A stretch of DNA of 63,010 nt, counting the filler, from an uncultured bacterium (GTDB taxonomy: Bacteria; Hinthialibacterota; Hinthialibacteria; Hinthialibacterales; Hinthialibacteraceae), in assembly GCA_964449065.1 (NCBI GenBank). It is 2 parts of 2 records of this genome, joined end to end, with 100 filler letters (N's around TTAATTAATTAA, not from the genome) between each part and the next. Parts side by side here need not be neighbours in the genome. Positions count along the whole stretch, not along the records: positions 31,684 to 63,010 come from CAYVAZ010000015.1; 1 more part is not named here. One strand, written 5' to 3'. The position numbers and the translations under genes were made by a program. The notes beneath the pieces are model-generated. The model was not told where the DNA came from. It saw only the letters and a program-made list of their open reading frames with translations, and made no database searches. Each line of letters opens with the position of its first letter. The first letter of the stretch is position 1. This document shows positions 37,449 to 48,058 of this stretch, piece after piece.

Positions 37449-38765
37449 ATGGAAATACGGCTGGCTTACGGAAAAACCGGATTGAATGTATCGATTCCGG
37501 ATGAACATATTGAACGGATTGTACACATGAATCCAGTTGCACCGGTAACCGATGTAGACGGTGTGATTCGGCATTCGCTGGAATCACCAATTGACAGCGC
37601 TCCACTGCATGAGATTGCCAAGAACCGGGAATCGGCGGTGGTTGTCATCTCCGATATTACCCGCCCGGTGCCCAATCAAATCTTGCTGCCTCCCATTTTG
37701 GATACCATAGAACGCGCAGGTGTGCCGCGGGAAAAGATTACCATTTTGATCGCCACCGGCATTCACCGTCCCAATCTGGGGGATGAGTTGGTGCAGTTGG
37801 TGGGTAAAGAAATCGCGAATACCTACAACATCGTCAATCACTACGCGGAAGATGACAGCACGAACGAATATGTATGCAGCATCACCGGCGATATTCCGGT
37901 GTATGTGGATCAGACCTATTTGCAGGCGGATTTGAAGATTTTGACCGGCCTGGTGGAACTGCATTTGATGGCCGGATTTTCCGGCGGGCGAAAATCGATT
38001 TTGCCGGGAATATGTTCTTTGAACACCATGAAGCACATGCACGGCTACCGTATGATTCAGAAAGATGATGTTTGCAACGGCAAATTGGAAGGCAACCCGT
38101 TTCATGAAGGCGCGGTGCAGGCAGCGCGCCAAGTGGGCGTGGATTTTATCTGCAATGTTACCCTGGATGAGGAACGTAACATCACCGGCGTGTTCAGCGG
38201 TGATTTGGAAGCGGCGCATGAATTGGCTTGTAAAACCGTCCAAAGTTACGCGGAAGTGGTCCTAGACAATCCGGTGGATATTGTGGTCACCTGCGGCGGC
38301 GGGTATCCGCTAGACAAAACGTTGTATCAGGCGATAAAAGGCCAAGTGGCTGCGCTGGAAATCATAAAACCCGGCGGAACGATTATTCTAGCCGCGGAAA
38401 ACGGCGAGGGCGGCGGCAGCGCCGAGTTTGTCGATCTTTTACGCCGCTTGAAAGACCCAATGCAGTTTTATGACCTCACCATGGGGCCGAATTATATCGC
38501 CAAAGACCAATGGATGATTCAGGAAATGGTGAACGGATTGCATCACTGCGAGATGCTTTACTATACCGAAGGCATAAGCGACGAAGATTTGCGCGATTTT
38601 CTAGTGACCCCCATTCCGTCGGTTGAAGCCGGCATCGATCAAGCGCTCAAACGGCATGGCAAAGACGCCCGCATATTGGTCATACCGGAAGGGCCCTATG
38701 TGTTCCCGAAACTGCATGAGCGCGTGCAGAAACTCTATTCTTGGCAATCCGCCGGTGTGGTATAG
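37449..38765 (+). CDS. larA: Nickel-pincer-dependent lactate racemase family protein
   Basis: SDITRPVP, IATGIHR, AGFSGGRKSILPG and GGYPLDKTLYQ. Confidence 0.9.
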   Translation: MEIRLAYGKTGLNVSIPDEHIERIVHMNPVAPVTDVDGVIRHSLESPIDSAPLHEIAKNRESAVVVISDITRPVPNQILLPPILDTIERAGVPREKITILIATGIHRPNLGDELVQLVGKEIANTYNIVNHYAEDDSTNEYVCSITGDIPVYVDQTYLQADLKILTGLVELHLMAGFSGGRKSILPGICSLNTMKHMHGYRMIQKDDVCNGKLEGNPFHEGAVQAARQVGVDFICNVTLDEERNITGVFSGDLEAAHELACKTVQSYAEVVLDNPVDIVVTCGGGYPLDKTLYQAIKGQVAALEIIKPGGTIILAAENGEGGGSAEFVDLLRRLKDPMQFYDLTMGPNYIAKDQWMIQEMVNGLHHCEMLYYTEGISDEDLRDFLVTPIPSVEAGIDQALKRHGKDARILVIPEGPYVFPKLHERVQKLYSWQSAGVV

Positions 38766-38771
38766 CAGGCG

Positions 38772-41700
38772 GTGTTATTCCAAATGGGGGACATATACCG
38801 TTGGTTGCTTCTATCTATCTTTCTGTTCATCAGTCTTGGAGAACACCCCAGTGTATTTGGCAGTGAGGCAGGATGGTCTATATTTGATACTTCCAATGGA
38901 GAGTGGGAACGGATTACCGAAAACGGCTCGCTAGAGATAAGCGAACAGTCTGCTGTGTTTCAGGTTCCAGCCAACCACGAATCCCAATGGAAGATTGTTA
39001 CGGAACCGGTTTGGATCTACCGCTTTCAAGAACTGCGCGTTACCTACCGCGCAGAGCATATCAAATCTCATGACAAAGCGTTGCTGACCTTTGATGCGGG
39101 GATCATCCCTGCCCTGCCCGCTTTTGATGAGCCGATTCAAAAGTGGGATACAGGCAACCGCTTTAACGTAAACGCCTCACGATTCATCGCGGATGGGAAC
39201 ATACACGAACTTGTCATCCCTGTTTATGAACGCTTGCAAAAGAATCAAGTCGATGAAATATGGGTGCAACTGCAAAGTACGGACCAAGAAGCGAATTTGG
39301 AGATTTTAGAATTCGTCTTTACCGACCCTTCTCATCAATCCAATACTGTTACGATTCAATACGACGAAGATACAGGAAAATCAAGACCGAAAGATTTGCA
39401 CTATCATTCGATTCCGGTATTGCAGGCAAAAGGCACTCAGTACCATCCGGTTCATGCCGCGGGTTCCGGTGAAATTCAAGTCGATGGTGTTCCGTTTTCG
39501 CTGCCGGAGAACCGCATTGTACCCTCTACCCCCTTTGCAAAACGTGGAGTACTTACAGTCCCGGTCAATCGGGCCTGTGCTGAGTTGTATCTTTTGCTGA
39601 ATGCCAATATAGCCGGGAGCGATTATTCGTTCCGGTTTGTGGAACGGAAAACGGTTCGGGAGCCGGAACGTTTACTTGTTGAAAAGGTGTATGAAGACGG
39701 CAGTGTGGAGCGTTCGTTTCCATATCATATTAAACGGGATGCGTATGAAGTGCACTCCGGCTTTTCTGCTTATGCGGTACCTGCAAACCCGCAAAAGGTT
39801 ATGAACAAAGTGCGGATTTATGAATGGATGTCTTATGGAAACGTCTTTCTGGCAGGAGTGACATCTTCTTCGCGTTCTGTTTTTCCGCTTGACGAACAAT
39901 CCTTGCCATGGATTCAGTCGCGTCCCGAATGGGTGGCGGATAGCATTACCCCTTCGGTCACGGTAGAGGAGAACAAAACGTTTCGGTTTGAGAACAAACA
40001 TTACCGGATGGAATTGCAAGCGGATGACGGCTTGCGGCTGACTCATCTATCCCATCAAAAAACCAAAAAGAATCTCATCACAACACCCTCTCCATTATTC
40101 GCTTTTATGTCGGGTACATTTCCAGTATCGAACAAGGCTATTCGGGTGTTAGAGTATGAGGCAAAGGAAAAGCAAATCGCCTTTACGCTTTCAGGCGGGA
40201 ATGAGTTTCCATTGCTCATTACATTGACGCTGCGAATCAATCAAACAGATACCGTGCTGATGAACCTTCGGTTTCAACATACCGGATCAACACCGGTTTC
40301 GGTAAAGGCGCGGTTTCCGCTGATTGAAAACATACAGATCGGGGAAGATACAGAAGATGACTATTACTTTTTTCCGCGCAAACGTACGGCTTGGGGCAAC
40401 CGGCCGGTACGGTTGAGCGGGAGTTATTCCGGAGCGTTTCCACTGCAATGGATGGACGTGTACTCACAAAGCCGGCATTACGGTGTGGCAATCCACACCA
40501 TAGATCCGCGACTCAATTTAAAACGCTATTTGCTGATGAAGGATGATTCTTCGACACGCATGGCGGTGGAGTATGGCGATTTTCAGGCGCTTCAATTACA
40601 GCCCGGAGAAGAATTCTTGTGCGCAACAGCCGCGATTCAGATTCATGACGGCGATTGGCATGAGGCGTTGAAGCGGTATCAGAAACAGACGGTACCGATC
40701 GAGACGGAAAGAAAACATGAGGATAGCAATCTGGATGATGTGTTTTTGGTTTACCGGGATTATCCGGTTGGCGGAACCGGAATGGTTTTCGATCTGAACC
40801 GGAATGCCTATACCTTTTCAAAGTTAATGGATGCGGCTGTGGAATCGTTTGGGGGTGTGGATTTGATTGATCTGTCCGGCTGGCAATACTCAAAAGAGCG
40901 GGGTCGGGTTGGGGCGTATGAGGATTGGGATATCGGCACGCCGGGAGATCTGCGGCGAAATATTGCGCAGGCGCAAGAACAAGGCACTAAGACGGGGTTA
41001 TACTTGTCAGGCTATTTGCTGGATGAGCGGAGCGGGATTGAGCCGGAGACACTGCGGGATTGGCACATTAAAGAAGAAGACAATACTCCAAAAACACGCG
41101 GTGAACATGAGTTGTATATGAATCCGTTTCATCCTGAATGGCAGAAGTATTTGAGCGAGACGGCAATGCGGGTGCTGGATTTCAGCGGAGCGCAGGCGGT
41201 GTATTTGGATCAGATCGGATTTGCGGATAACGCAAAGGCGGACTATTCCGGACGCTTTGCGTTTCCGTTTGCGCATCCATTGTTGGGTGAGCATATGCTG
41301 CTGGCGGAAACGCGGGATATTTTCGGCTGGCTGGAACGTCCGGCGGCCATGTATGCGGAACAGGTTCCGGTGGATTTAACCGCCCCGCTCTTGGATGGCG
41401 CTTGCAGTCTTGGAATGACGGGGGAGAGAGAGTATCCAAGCCCTACACGCTTGAATGCGTTTCGGTTTGCGTATCCTTCATTTAAGATTTTCGAGAAAAT
41501 TCAAACCGGGGTGTATCCGAATGCCGCGGATTCCAATCTGGTGAAACTGAGTTTCTTTCATGGACATGGTTTCTGGTTGAAGGGAAAACCGAAATCATGG
41601 TTCAGCAAAGAATGCCGGGATGTGATTCGAGCGGTTCATGGTATCTTTCATAAACATAAAGATGTTTTTACATCCAATCATTTTGAGCCGATGATCCCAA

Positions 41701-41936
41701 CCCTGCAATACGGTTTGTTTGCCAACCGCTTTGAATCCACAAACAAAACCTTGATCACAATATACAATGCAACTTCTCACACAATCGATGGCACGCTGCT
41801 GGCCTGCTCTTCTAAAACAGGCCATGCCGTTGATGAGTGGGGAGTGGATGGATTTTCCTTTCAGCATGAGGGTGAACAAATCGTGATCAGCGGCGTCATT
41901 CATCCGCACGGAATCGGGTGTTTCGCAATTGAATGA
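38772..41936 (+). CDS. Large secreted glycoside-hydrolase-like protein
   Basis: 1054 aa; signal-like N-terminus; HDGDWH; C-terminal TIM-barrel-like region with AVYLDQIG. Confidence 0.55.
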   Translation: MLFQMGDIYRWLLLSIFLFISLGEHPSVFGSEAGWSIFDTSNGEWERITENGSLEISEQSAVFQVPANHESQWKIVTEPVWIYRFQELRVTYRAEHIKSHDKALLTFDAGIIPALPAFDEPIQKWDTGNRFNVNASRFIADGNIHELVIPVYERLQKNQVDEIWVQLQSTDQEANLEILEFVFTDPSHQSNTVTIQYDEDTGKSRPKDLHYHSIPVLQAKGTQYHPVHAAGSGEIQVDGVPFSLPENRIVPSTPFAKRGVLTVPVNRACAELYLLLNANIAGSDYSFRFVERKTVREPERLLVEKVYEDGSVERSFPYHIKRDAYEVHSGFSAYAVPANPQKVMNKVRIYEWMSYGNVFLAGVTSSSRSVFPLDEQSLPWIQSRPEWVADSITPSVTVEENKTFRFENKHYRMELQADDGLRLTHLSHQKTKKNLITTPSPLFAFMSGTFPVSNKAIRVLEYEAKEKQIAFTLSGGNEFPLLITLTLRINQTDTVLMNLRFQHTGSTPVSVKARFPLIENIQIGEDTEDDYYFFPRKRTAWGNRPVRLSGSYSGAFPLQWMDVYSQSRHYGVAIHTIDPRLNLKRYLLMKDDSSTRMAVEYGDFQALQLQPGEEFLCATAAIQIHDGDWHEALKRYQKQTVPIETERKHEDSNLDDVFLVYRDYPVGGTGMVFDLNRNAYTFSKLMDAAVESFGGVDLIDLSGWQYSKERGRVGAYEDWDIGTPGDLRRNIAQAQEQGTKTGLYLSGYLLDERSGIEPETLRDWHIKEEDNTPKTRGEHELYMNPFHPEWQKYLSETAMRVLDFSGAQAVYLDQIGFADNAKADYSGRFAFPFAHPLLGEHMLLAETRDIFGWLERPAAMYAEQVPVDLTAPLLDGACSLGMTGEREYPSPTRLNAFRFAYPSFKIFEKIQTGVYPNAADSNLVKLSFFHGHGFWLKGKPKSWFSKECRDVIRAVHGIFHKHKDVFTSNHFEPMIPTLQYGLFANRFESTNKTLITIYNATSHTIDGTLLACSSKTGHAVDEWGVDGFSFQHEGEQIVISGVIHPHGIGCFAIE

Positions 41937-42027
41937 ATTCGGAAATGATACAGGTTCAATTTTTTTGTCTTGGATGGATGCGAAGTCCATCCCAAGACCG
42001 GGATGAGGAACAAATTCTCTCATGATT

Positions 42028-42432
42028 TTATGGTCTTCTGTTTTTGCGTTCGCCGTATTTGGCGCCGCAGGCGTTGCACCGGTATTTGCCGATGCTGGAG
42101 GTTTGCGGCGGAGTAATCATTAAGCGGTTGAGCGTACGGGAACTCTTCCAGCAAGATGGGCAGAACAGCGTGTCGTCATTCACATTGGTGTAGCATTCCT
42201 CCGGCGGCCCGTCTGAGCGTATCGTCTCTTCGATTGGAACGGCAGTATCTTTTTTCTCTCCCAAGCGTTTCAGCAATTCTTCATTGCGTTCGATCAATTT
42301 ATCAATTTCACTGATTAATGCTTCATACTCATTGCCCAGTTGCGTTAAGTCATCCATCAATTGCGTGTATCCGGATGATTTCACCAAGTCTTTGGCTTCA
42401 TTGATTACGCGTTTGATTTCGTTCTTGTCCAT
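42028..42432 (-). CDS. Hypothetical coiled-coil protein with C-terminal zinc ribbon
   Basis: Heptad-like N-terminus; CPSC...CNAC. Confidence 0.7.
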   Translation of the reverse strand: MDKNEIKRVINEAKDLVKSSGYTQLMDDLTQLGNEYEALISEIDKLIERNEELLKRLGEKKDTAVPIEETIRSDGPPEECYTNVNDDTLFCPSCWKSSRTLNRLMITPPQTSSIGKYRCNACGAKYGERKNRRP

Positions 42433-42443
42433 GATGAACTTCT

Positions 42444-42527
42444 TATACTAATGCAATTTGAGATTGTTGTATGTTGCTAATTAAACATCTTTCTTTTGCT
42501 GGGCTTACGTCACGCTTACCAGTCATT
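42444..42527. repeat. Dispersed ~84-bp repeat, copy 2
   Basis: Aligns by eye with 13293-13376. Confidence 0.75.
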
Positions 42528-42628
42528 AGAGTAATTCAGGTTTGAGTAGATAAAAAGAGAACGTCTTTGATGCCCCTCTACCCCAATGTCATTGACTTAA
42601 TCAAGTTCCTGGCGGTTTTTGTAATAAA

Positions 42629-42736
42629 TTAGAGCGTTTTAGGTTTGCGTAGACGTTGTGTAGGGGCACATTGCAATGTGCCCCTACGGCAAGTGCAATA
42701 CCAACTCTCTGTCTCTCCAATCCTGTAACGCTCTAA
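42629..42736. mobile_element. MITE-like element with an internal REP palindrome
   Basis: TTAGAGCGTT...AACGCTCTAA ends; GTAGGGGCACATTGCAATGTGCCCCTAC inside. Confidence 0.65.
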
Positions 42737-42755
42737 TCCTTGAAAATGGTACGAT

Positions 42756-44462
42756 TTATGTTTCGGTTTCTCCGTTCCGGTTTTGAGGTTCCACATGAAA
42801 CTGTTCCGGAGTCACTGCCTCTTGCGGATGAGTACGTGCCCAGTAATCGGTAAAGGTCTCACCGTTTTGGCGATTGTTGACAAAGTCTTCCAAATAGTTT
42901 TTAACCGTTGCCGGAATATCCTCAAACGCCAGCATTTTGTTGTGCAATTCCGCCAAGCGGTTGCCGCGGTGTGAGCCGCCTACATAAAACGCGTATTTTC
43001 CGGGCGATTTGCCGACAAACGCGAAGTCAGCGTTGTACGGGCGCGCGCAGCCGTTGGGGCAGCCGGTCATGCGGAAGAGGATGGGTTCGTTTTCAATATG
43101 GAGTTCACGCATGACTTCTTCAATACCATCTAACGCATCTTGAAATACCCGTTCGCTTTCCGCCAATCCCAACCCGCAGGTGGGCAATGAAACACAGGCC
43201 ATGCCCAACCGGCGTACTTCGGTAAGGGATTCAGGAGTTGGAATATTGTGATCTTTAAGAATCTTGTTGATTTGTTCTTTTTGGTCTGTTTCAACATCTT
43301 CAAAGACAATGTTGCAGTTCGCGGTTAACCGCATGGGGAACTGAAATTCCCGCGCAATGGTTTGAAAGGCGGATTTGTAGTTTCCTTCCGCGGAGTCTTT
43401 GATCCGGCCTTCCGGCACCCATTGGCATAAAAACCACTTGCCGTCCTCTTGTTTGTGCCAGCCGTATTGGTCGGAAACGGTTTCCCACTTTACGTTTTTT
43501 ACTTTGGTTAATTTGACGGGTTTATCCAAACGTTTTTTCATCTCGCGCTTAAACCAAGAAAGGCCGTGAGAATGGATCACATATTTTAAGCGGGCCTGCT
43601 TGCGGTCATCGCGGTTGCCGTGGTCACGTTGCGTTAAAATAATGGCTTTGACCACGCTCAATACGTCTTCACGCTTGGCATAGCCGATGGGCTGGGCCAA
43701 GGCAGGAAAGGTTTGCGCTTTGTTGTGCGTCATGCCAAATCCGCCGCCCGCGAATATCGAATAGCCTTCGACAACACCTTTCTTGGTGTACGGCACCAAC
43801 GCGATATCGTTGGTAAACACATCGATATCATTGCGCGGCGGCACCGCGATTCCGATCTTGAACTTGCGCGGCATATAAAATTCACCGTAAAGCGTCTCGG
43901 TTTCGTACTCTGGTGTGACTTTTTCGCCGTCCAGCCAGATTTCATTGTACGCATGGGTTTGAGGTAAGGTTGCATCGGAGATCGCTTTGGCTAAAAACGC
44001 AATGTCTTCATATACCGGCTTTTTTATCGGCCAAGGAGTGGCCATCACGTTGCGAACCACATCCCCGCAGGCGCCCAGGGTAGTGATGCCGGAATCGTTA
44101 ATTCTATGAATGCAAGACTTTAGGTTTCCCTTGAGGATGCCGTGCAGTTGAAAATCCTGCCGGGAGGTGATGCGCAGGGTATGGTTCCCGATTTCATCCG
44201 CCACGCGGTCATGCGCAAGATACTGTTCGGCCGAAATCATTCCAGCCGGCACTTTGCTACGGACCATAAACATAAAGGCTTTTTCTTGGTTATTTTTCCG
44301 CCGTTCAATACGCAAATCGCGGTCATCCTGCTGGTAAGTACCATGAAATTTCAGCAATTGGTATTCATTTTCTTCGAAATGAGAAACCTCTTGTTCTAAC
44401 GTTTCGGCAATATCCCCACGTAAATGGCGGCTGGATATTTTGATTTCTTCAACATTTGACAT
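42756..44462 (-). CDS. cysI: Assimilatory sulfite reductase hemoprotein subunit
   Basis: KFHGTYQQDDRD, ACGDVVRNV, PRKFKIG, CVSLPTC and TGCPNGCARP. Confidence 0.92.
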   Translation of the reverse strand: MSNVEEIKISSRHLRGDIAETLEQEVSHFEENEYQLLKFHGTYQQDDRDLRIERRKNNQEKAFMFMVRSKVPAGMISAEQYLAHDRVADEIGNHTLRITSRQDFQLHGILKGNLKSCIHRINDSGITTLGACGDVVRNVMATPWPIKKPVYEDIAFLAKAISDATLPQTHAYNEIWLDGEKVTPEYETETLYGEFYMPRKFKIGIAVPPRNDIDVFTNDIALVPYTKKGVVEGYSIFAGGGFGMTHNKAQTFPALAQPIGYAKREDVLSVVKAIILTQRDHGNRDDRKQARLKYVIHSHGLSWFKREMKKRLDKPVKLTKVKNVKWETVSDQYGWHKQEDGKWFLCQWVPEGRIKDSAEGNYKSAFQTIAREFQFPMRLTANCNIVFEDVETDQKEQINKILKDHNIPTPESLTEVRRLGMACVSLPTCGLGLAESERVFQDALDGIEEVMRELHIENEPILFRMTGCPNGCARPYNADFAFVGKSPGKYAFYVGGSHRGNRLAELHNKMLAFEDIPATVKNYLEDFVNNRQNGETFTDYWARTHPQEAVTPEQFHVEPQNRNGETET

Positions 44463-44881
44463 AGAAAATACTCCTAAATTGTTTCTCGTAAGTTATGGCT
44501 TGGCATGGCGTTTCCGCAAATCATACATGAGAAACAGTCGATACCAGAGTCATAAAACTTTGTTACAATCATTTTGGTCTATCTTTTCTATTATATACCC
44601 TTCCTGTCCGTCTGCACGTGATCTCTTTTCGATAAATAGTAATTTTTTTGATAAAAAACATGATCTTTTGTAAAATAGTTCTTTCCTTAAAAACAATCTT
44701 GCATTAAACTATCTAACAAAGCAGTAAACCAAAGCGTTTTTTGAAATATGCAGGGACCTAAATGAAATGAAATCAATTGATTTTGTTTTATTTGGCACGC
44801 AAAACAATACGTTACAAAATGTTTACGAATTCATAGGATTTGATAAAATATATACATTAAAAATTTTGAAGGAAAAGAAAC

Positions 44882-44944
44882 ATGCAGCGGCTTTTTGGGA
44901 TTTCTTTGATTAAATCCACATGCATACTCCTAGCGAAAGTATGA
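44882..44944 (+). CDS. Candidate 20-aa leader peptide MQRLFGISLIKSTCILLAKV
   Basis: AAGGA SD; Ile/Leu/Val-rich; stop codon 6 nt before the terminator stem. Confidence 0.4.
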   Translation: MQRLFGISLIKSTCILLAKV

Positions 44945-44950
44945 CCATCG

Positions 44951-44985
44951 AACCCCGTCTGAATAGGAGACGGGGTTTTTTATTT
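44951..44985 (+). terminator. Intrinsic terminator upstream of sucA
   Basis: AACCCCGTCT-N7-AGACGGGGTT followed by a T-tract. Confidence 0.85.
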
Positions 44986-45080
44986 GTTGTTTTTAGAATA
45001 GAAAATATAGTAAGTATAGAAAAGAAACGAAGTTATCTTGATTCGGCTTCGAATAGAATATCAAAACAGGGTGTAAACCA

Positions 45081-47876
45081 ATGAGTAAAGAATCATCCGC
45101 AGCGGTAGATTTTATATCCAGAGCCAACTCAGAATACATTGAAACTCTATATGAAAAGTATTTGGAAGATCCACGGTCGCTGGATCAGAGTTGGCATGCA
45201 TTCTTTGCGGGCTTTGATTTGGCGAATGGGCATCACCGAACGACGGCTATCCGTGAGCATGAAGTGGATGTGGATTCAGCGGCACCAACAGCGAAGGGAG
45301 TTTATGCGTTGGTAAACGCCTACCGCCATTTCGGGCATTTTATCGCCAAATTGGATCCACTGGGCAATAACCGTGATACCCACCCGTTTTTAACGTTGTC
45401 TCAATTTGGGTTAACAAACGACGATTTGGATACGTATGTTGGCAACGGTGGATTTGAAGGGCCAACGGACGGCACGCTGCGGGATTTGATCGAAAAATTA
45501 AAAAAAACATACTGCGGCAGCATGGGGATTGAGTACCGCAATATCTCGGATGTCAATCAACGTTCATGGCTGCAAGGCAGTATTGAACCCTACTTAAACG
45601 AACCCAACCTATCGGAAGAAGAAAAACGGCAAACGCTCAAACACCTGATCGCGGCCGATGAGTTGGAGCAATATTTACACAAAAATTATTTAGGACAAAA
45701 GCGGTTTTCGATTGAGGGTGGAGACGCCTTTTTGCCGTTGATGGACACCTTGGTTGAAACCGGAGCCGATTTTGGCGTAGACGACGTGATCATTGGAATG
45801 GCGCACCGAGGCCGGATCAACACCCTGGCCCATATCCTTCATAAGCCCTACGAAATGATTCTGAGCGAATTTGACAGCACGCATTCCGACGATCATGAAG
45901 AAGGCGACGGCGACGTGAAGTATCACAACGGGTATTCGTATGACCATGTGACCAGCAAGGGGAAAAATATCCATTTATCACTTAGTTACAACCCCAGCCA
46001 TTTGGAACTGGTGAATCCAGCCATCGAGGGAATTGTTTGGGCAAAACAGCAATTGCGCAAAGATACCAATAAAACCAAAAACGTGCCGGTACTGGTGCAT
46101 GGAGATGCCGCCTTTACCGGCCAGGGCGTTGTGGCGGAAGTGTTGGCATTTTCCGGATTGGAAGGCTACAGTACCGGCGGAACGATTCATGTAATCATCG
46201 ATAACCAGCTGGGGTTTACCGCCACGCCGGAACAAACCCGCTGCACAACGTACCCGACCGACGCGGCCAAAATGATTCAGGCGCCGGTATTTCACGTCAA
46301 TGGGGATGATCCGGAACAGGTGATTCACGCCGCGAAATTGGCCATGATTTACCGCTGCCGGTTTAAGGCGGATGTCATGATTCATTTGATGTGTTACCGG
46401 CGCTACGGACACAATGAATCCGATGACGCGATGTTTACGCAGCCGTTAATGTACAAACAGATTGAAGAACACACCCGGGTATGCGATCTTTACGCGGGCC
46501 GGCTTCGAGAAGAGACGGTCATTCAAGACGAAGAAGCCGAACAAATGCGGCAGGAGGTTCGGGAGAAATTAGACAAAGCCCGTGAAATCGCGCCGGAGAT
46601 CAAGGCTACGGACCGGATTTCGATGTTCCGCGGCCGCTGGACCGGCCTGTCGCAAGATTCCGAAAGTTGGAATAGCGAAACCGGGATTCCGATGGATTTT
46701 ATTAAGAAAATCGCGGAACGGGCCACCCGAATCCCCGCCAACTTTAATGCCTACAAAAAATTACAGCGGTTGATGAATAACCGCCACAAGATGGCGATGG
46801 GCGAACAAAAGATGGATTGGGGTTGTGCCGAAATGCTGGCGTACGGAAGTTTGTTGTTGGAGGGTGTGCCGATTCGACTGTCCGGACAAGACTGCGAACG
46901 CGGTACGTTCAGTCACCGGCATAGCGTGTGGTATGATATCGAGACCGGAATTGCTTATACCCCCTTGAAGCATCTCAGCAACGATCAAGCGGAATTCACT
47001 GTCATAAATAGTCTATTATCCGAGTTGGCGGCAATGGGGTTTGAGTACGGCGTTGCCATAACCGATCCTCACCGGTTAGTGATTTGGGAAGCGCAGTTCG
47101 GGGATTTTGTCAATGGCGCGCAGGCGATTGTGGATGAATTTATGGTTAGCGCCGAAGCCAAATGGAAGCGAATGAATGGATTGATACTGCAATTGCCGCA
47201 TGGATATGAAGGACAAGGACCGGATCATTCCAGCGCCCGGCTGGAACGCTTTTTGAGTTTGTGCGCGGAAGACAATCTTCAAGTATGTTACCCCACTACA
47301 CCCGCGCAAAACTTCCACATGCTCCGGATGCAGATTCACCGGGATTTCCGCAAACCATTGGTCGTGATGACTCCAAAAAGTTTGTTACGGCATAAACACG
47401 CCACTTCGGATGTGAAGGAATTAACCAAAGGCGGGTTCCAATTTGTATTGGATGACCCCGATGCAAAACCGACCGAAGTCAAACGCGTGTTGTTGTGCAC
47501 CGGTAAGGTGTATTATGACTTATATGAAAAACGCAAAGAGTTGGAGATTGAAGACACGGCTATCGTACGGATTGAACAACTCTATCCATTCCCCAAGAAA
47601 GATATCCTGAATTGCTTAAAACGCTATACCAATATGGGGGAATTGTATTGGGTACAGGAAGAACCGGAAAACATGGGGGCCTACCTGTTTATTGACCGGA
47701 AATTGCGAAACGTTCTGCATCGTATGCCGCCGCTACGCTATGTAGGCCGTCCGGAAGCGGCCAGCCCGGCTACCGGATCGCACCGCCAACATCAATACGA
47801 ACAAAAAATGCTGGTTAATAAAGCCTTTGCGGATACCTATTCTTCCACGAATGAAGAGGAAGAAGAAGAAGAATAA
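45081..47876 (+). CDS. sucA: 2-oxoglutarate dehydrogenase E1
   Basis: KRFSIEG, MAHRGR, GDVKYH, HGDAAF, WEAQFGDF and LPHGYEGQGPDHSSAR. Confidence 0.97.
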   Translation: MSKESSAAVDFISRANSEYIETLYEKYLEDPRSLDQSWHAFFAGFDLANGHHRTTAIREHEVDVDSAAPTAKGVYALVNAYRHFGHFIAKLDPLGNNRDTHPFLTLSQFGLTNDDLDTYVGNGGFEGPTDGTLRDLIEKLKKTYCGSMGIEYRNISDVNQRSWLQGSIEPYLNEPNLSEEEKRQTLKHLIAADELEQYLHKNYLGQKRFSIEGGDAFLPLMDTLVETGADFGVDDVIIGMAHRGRINTLAHILHKPYEMILSEFDSTHSDDHEEGDGDVKYHNGYSYDHVTSKGKNIHLSLSYNPSHLELVNPAIEGIVWAKQQLRKDTNKTKNVPVLVHGDAAFTGQGVVAEVLAFSGLEGYSTGGTIHVIIDNQLGFTATPEQTRCTTYPTDAAKMIQAPVFHVNGDDPEQVIHAAKLAMIYRCRFKADVMIHLMCYRRYGHNESDDAMFTQPLMYKQIEEHTRVCDLYAGRLREETVIQDEEAEQMRQEVREKLDKAREIAPEIKATDRISMFRGRWTGLSQDSESWNSETGIPMDFIKKIAERATRIPANFNAYKKLQRLMNNRHKMAMGEQKMDWGCAEMLAYGSLLLEGVPIRLSGQDCERGTFSHRHSVWYDIETGIAYTPLKHLSNDQAEFTVINSLLSELAAMGFEYGVAITDPHRLVIWEAQFGDFVNGAQAIVDEFMVSAEAKWKRMNGLILQLPHGYEGQGPDHSSARLERFLSLCAEDNLQVCYPTTPAQNFHMLRMQIHRDFRKPLVVMTPKSLLRHKHATSDVKELTKGGFQFVLDDPDAKPTEVKRVLLCTGKVYYDLYEKRKELEIEDTAIVRIEQLYPFPKKDILNCLKRYTNMGELYWVQEEPENMGAYLFIDRKLRNVLHRMPPLRYVGRPEAASPATGSHRQHQYEQKMLVNKAFADTYSSTNEEEEEEE

Positions 47877-48058
47877 ATCAACGTCAAATATCAATGTGTC
47901 CCCTGTTTCTTACAATCACAGGGAGAGTCTACCATCAAACTGAAACATCATAATTTTGAATGGTTACATCGTATTCTATACACACCATGATATAATTTAG
48001 AAATCGCAATTATAAGTTCATATATCATGTTCTTGTTTATCGATAAGGAGCTATTGCT

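Noticed and set aside
44500..44516. Sigma54 promoter TGGCATGGCGTTTCC
   Set aside because: The conserved -12 GC is replaced by CC.
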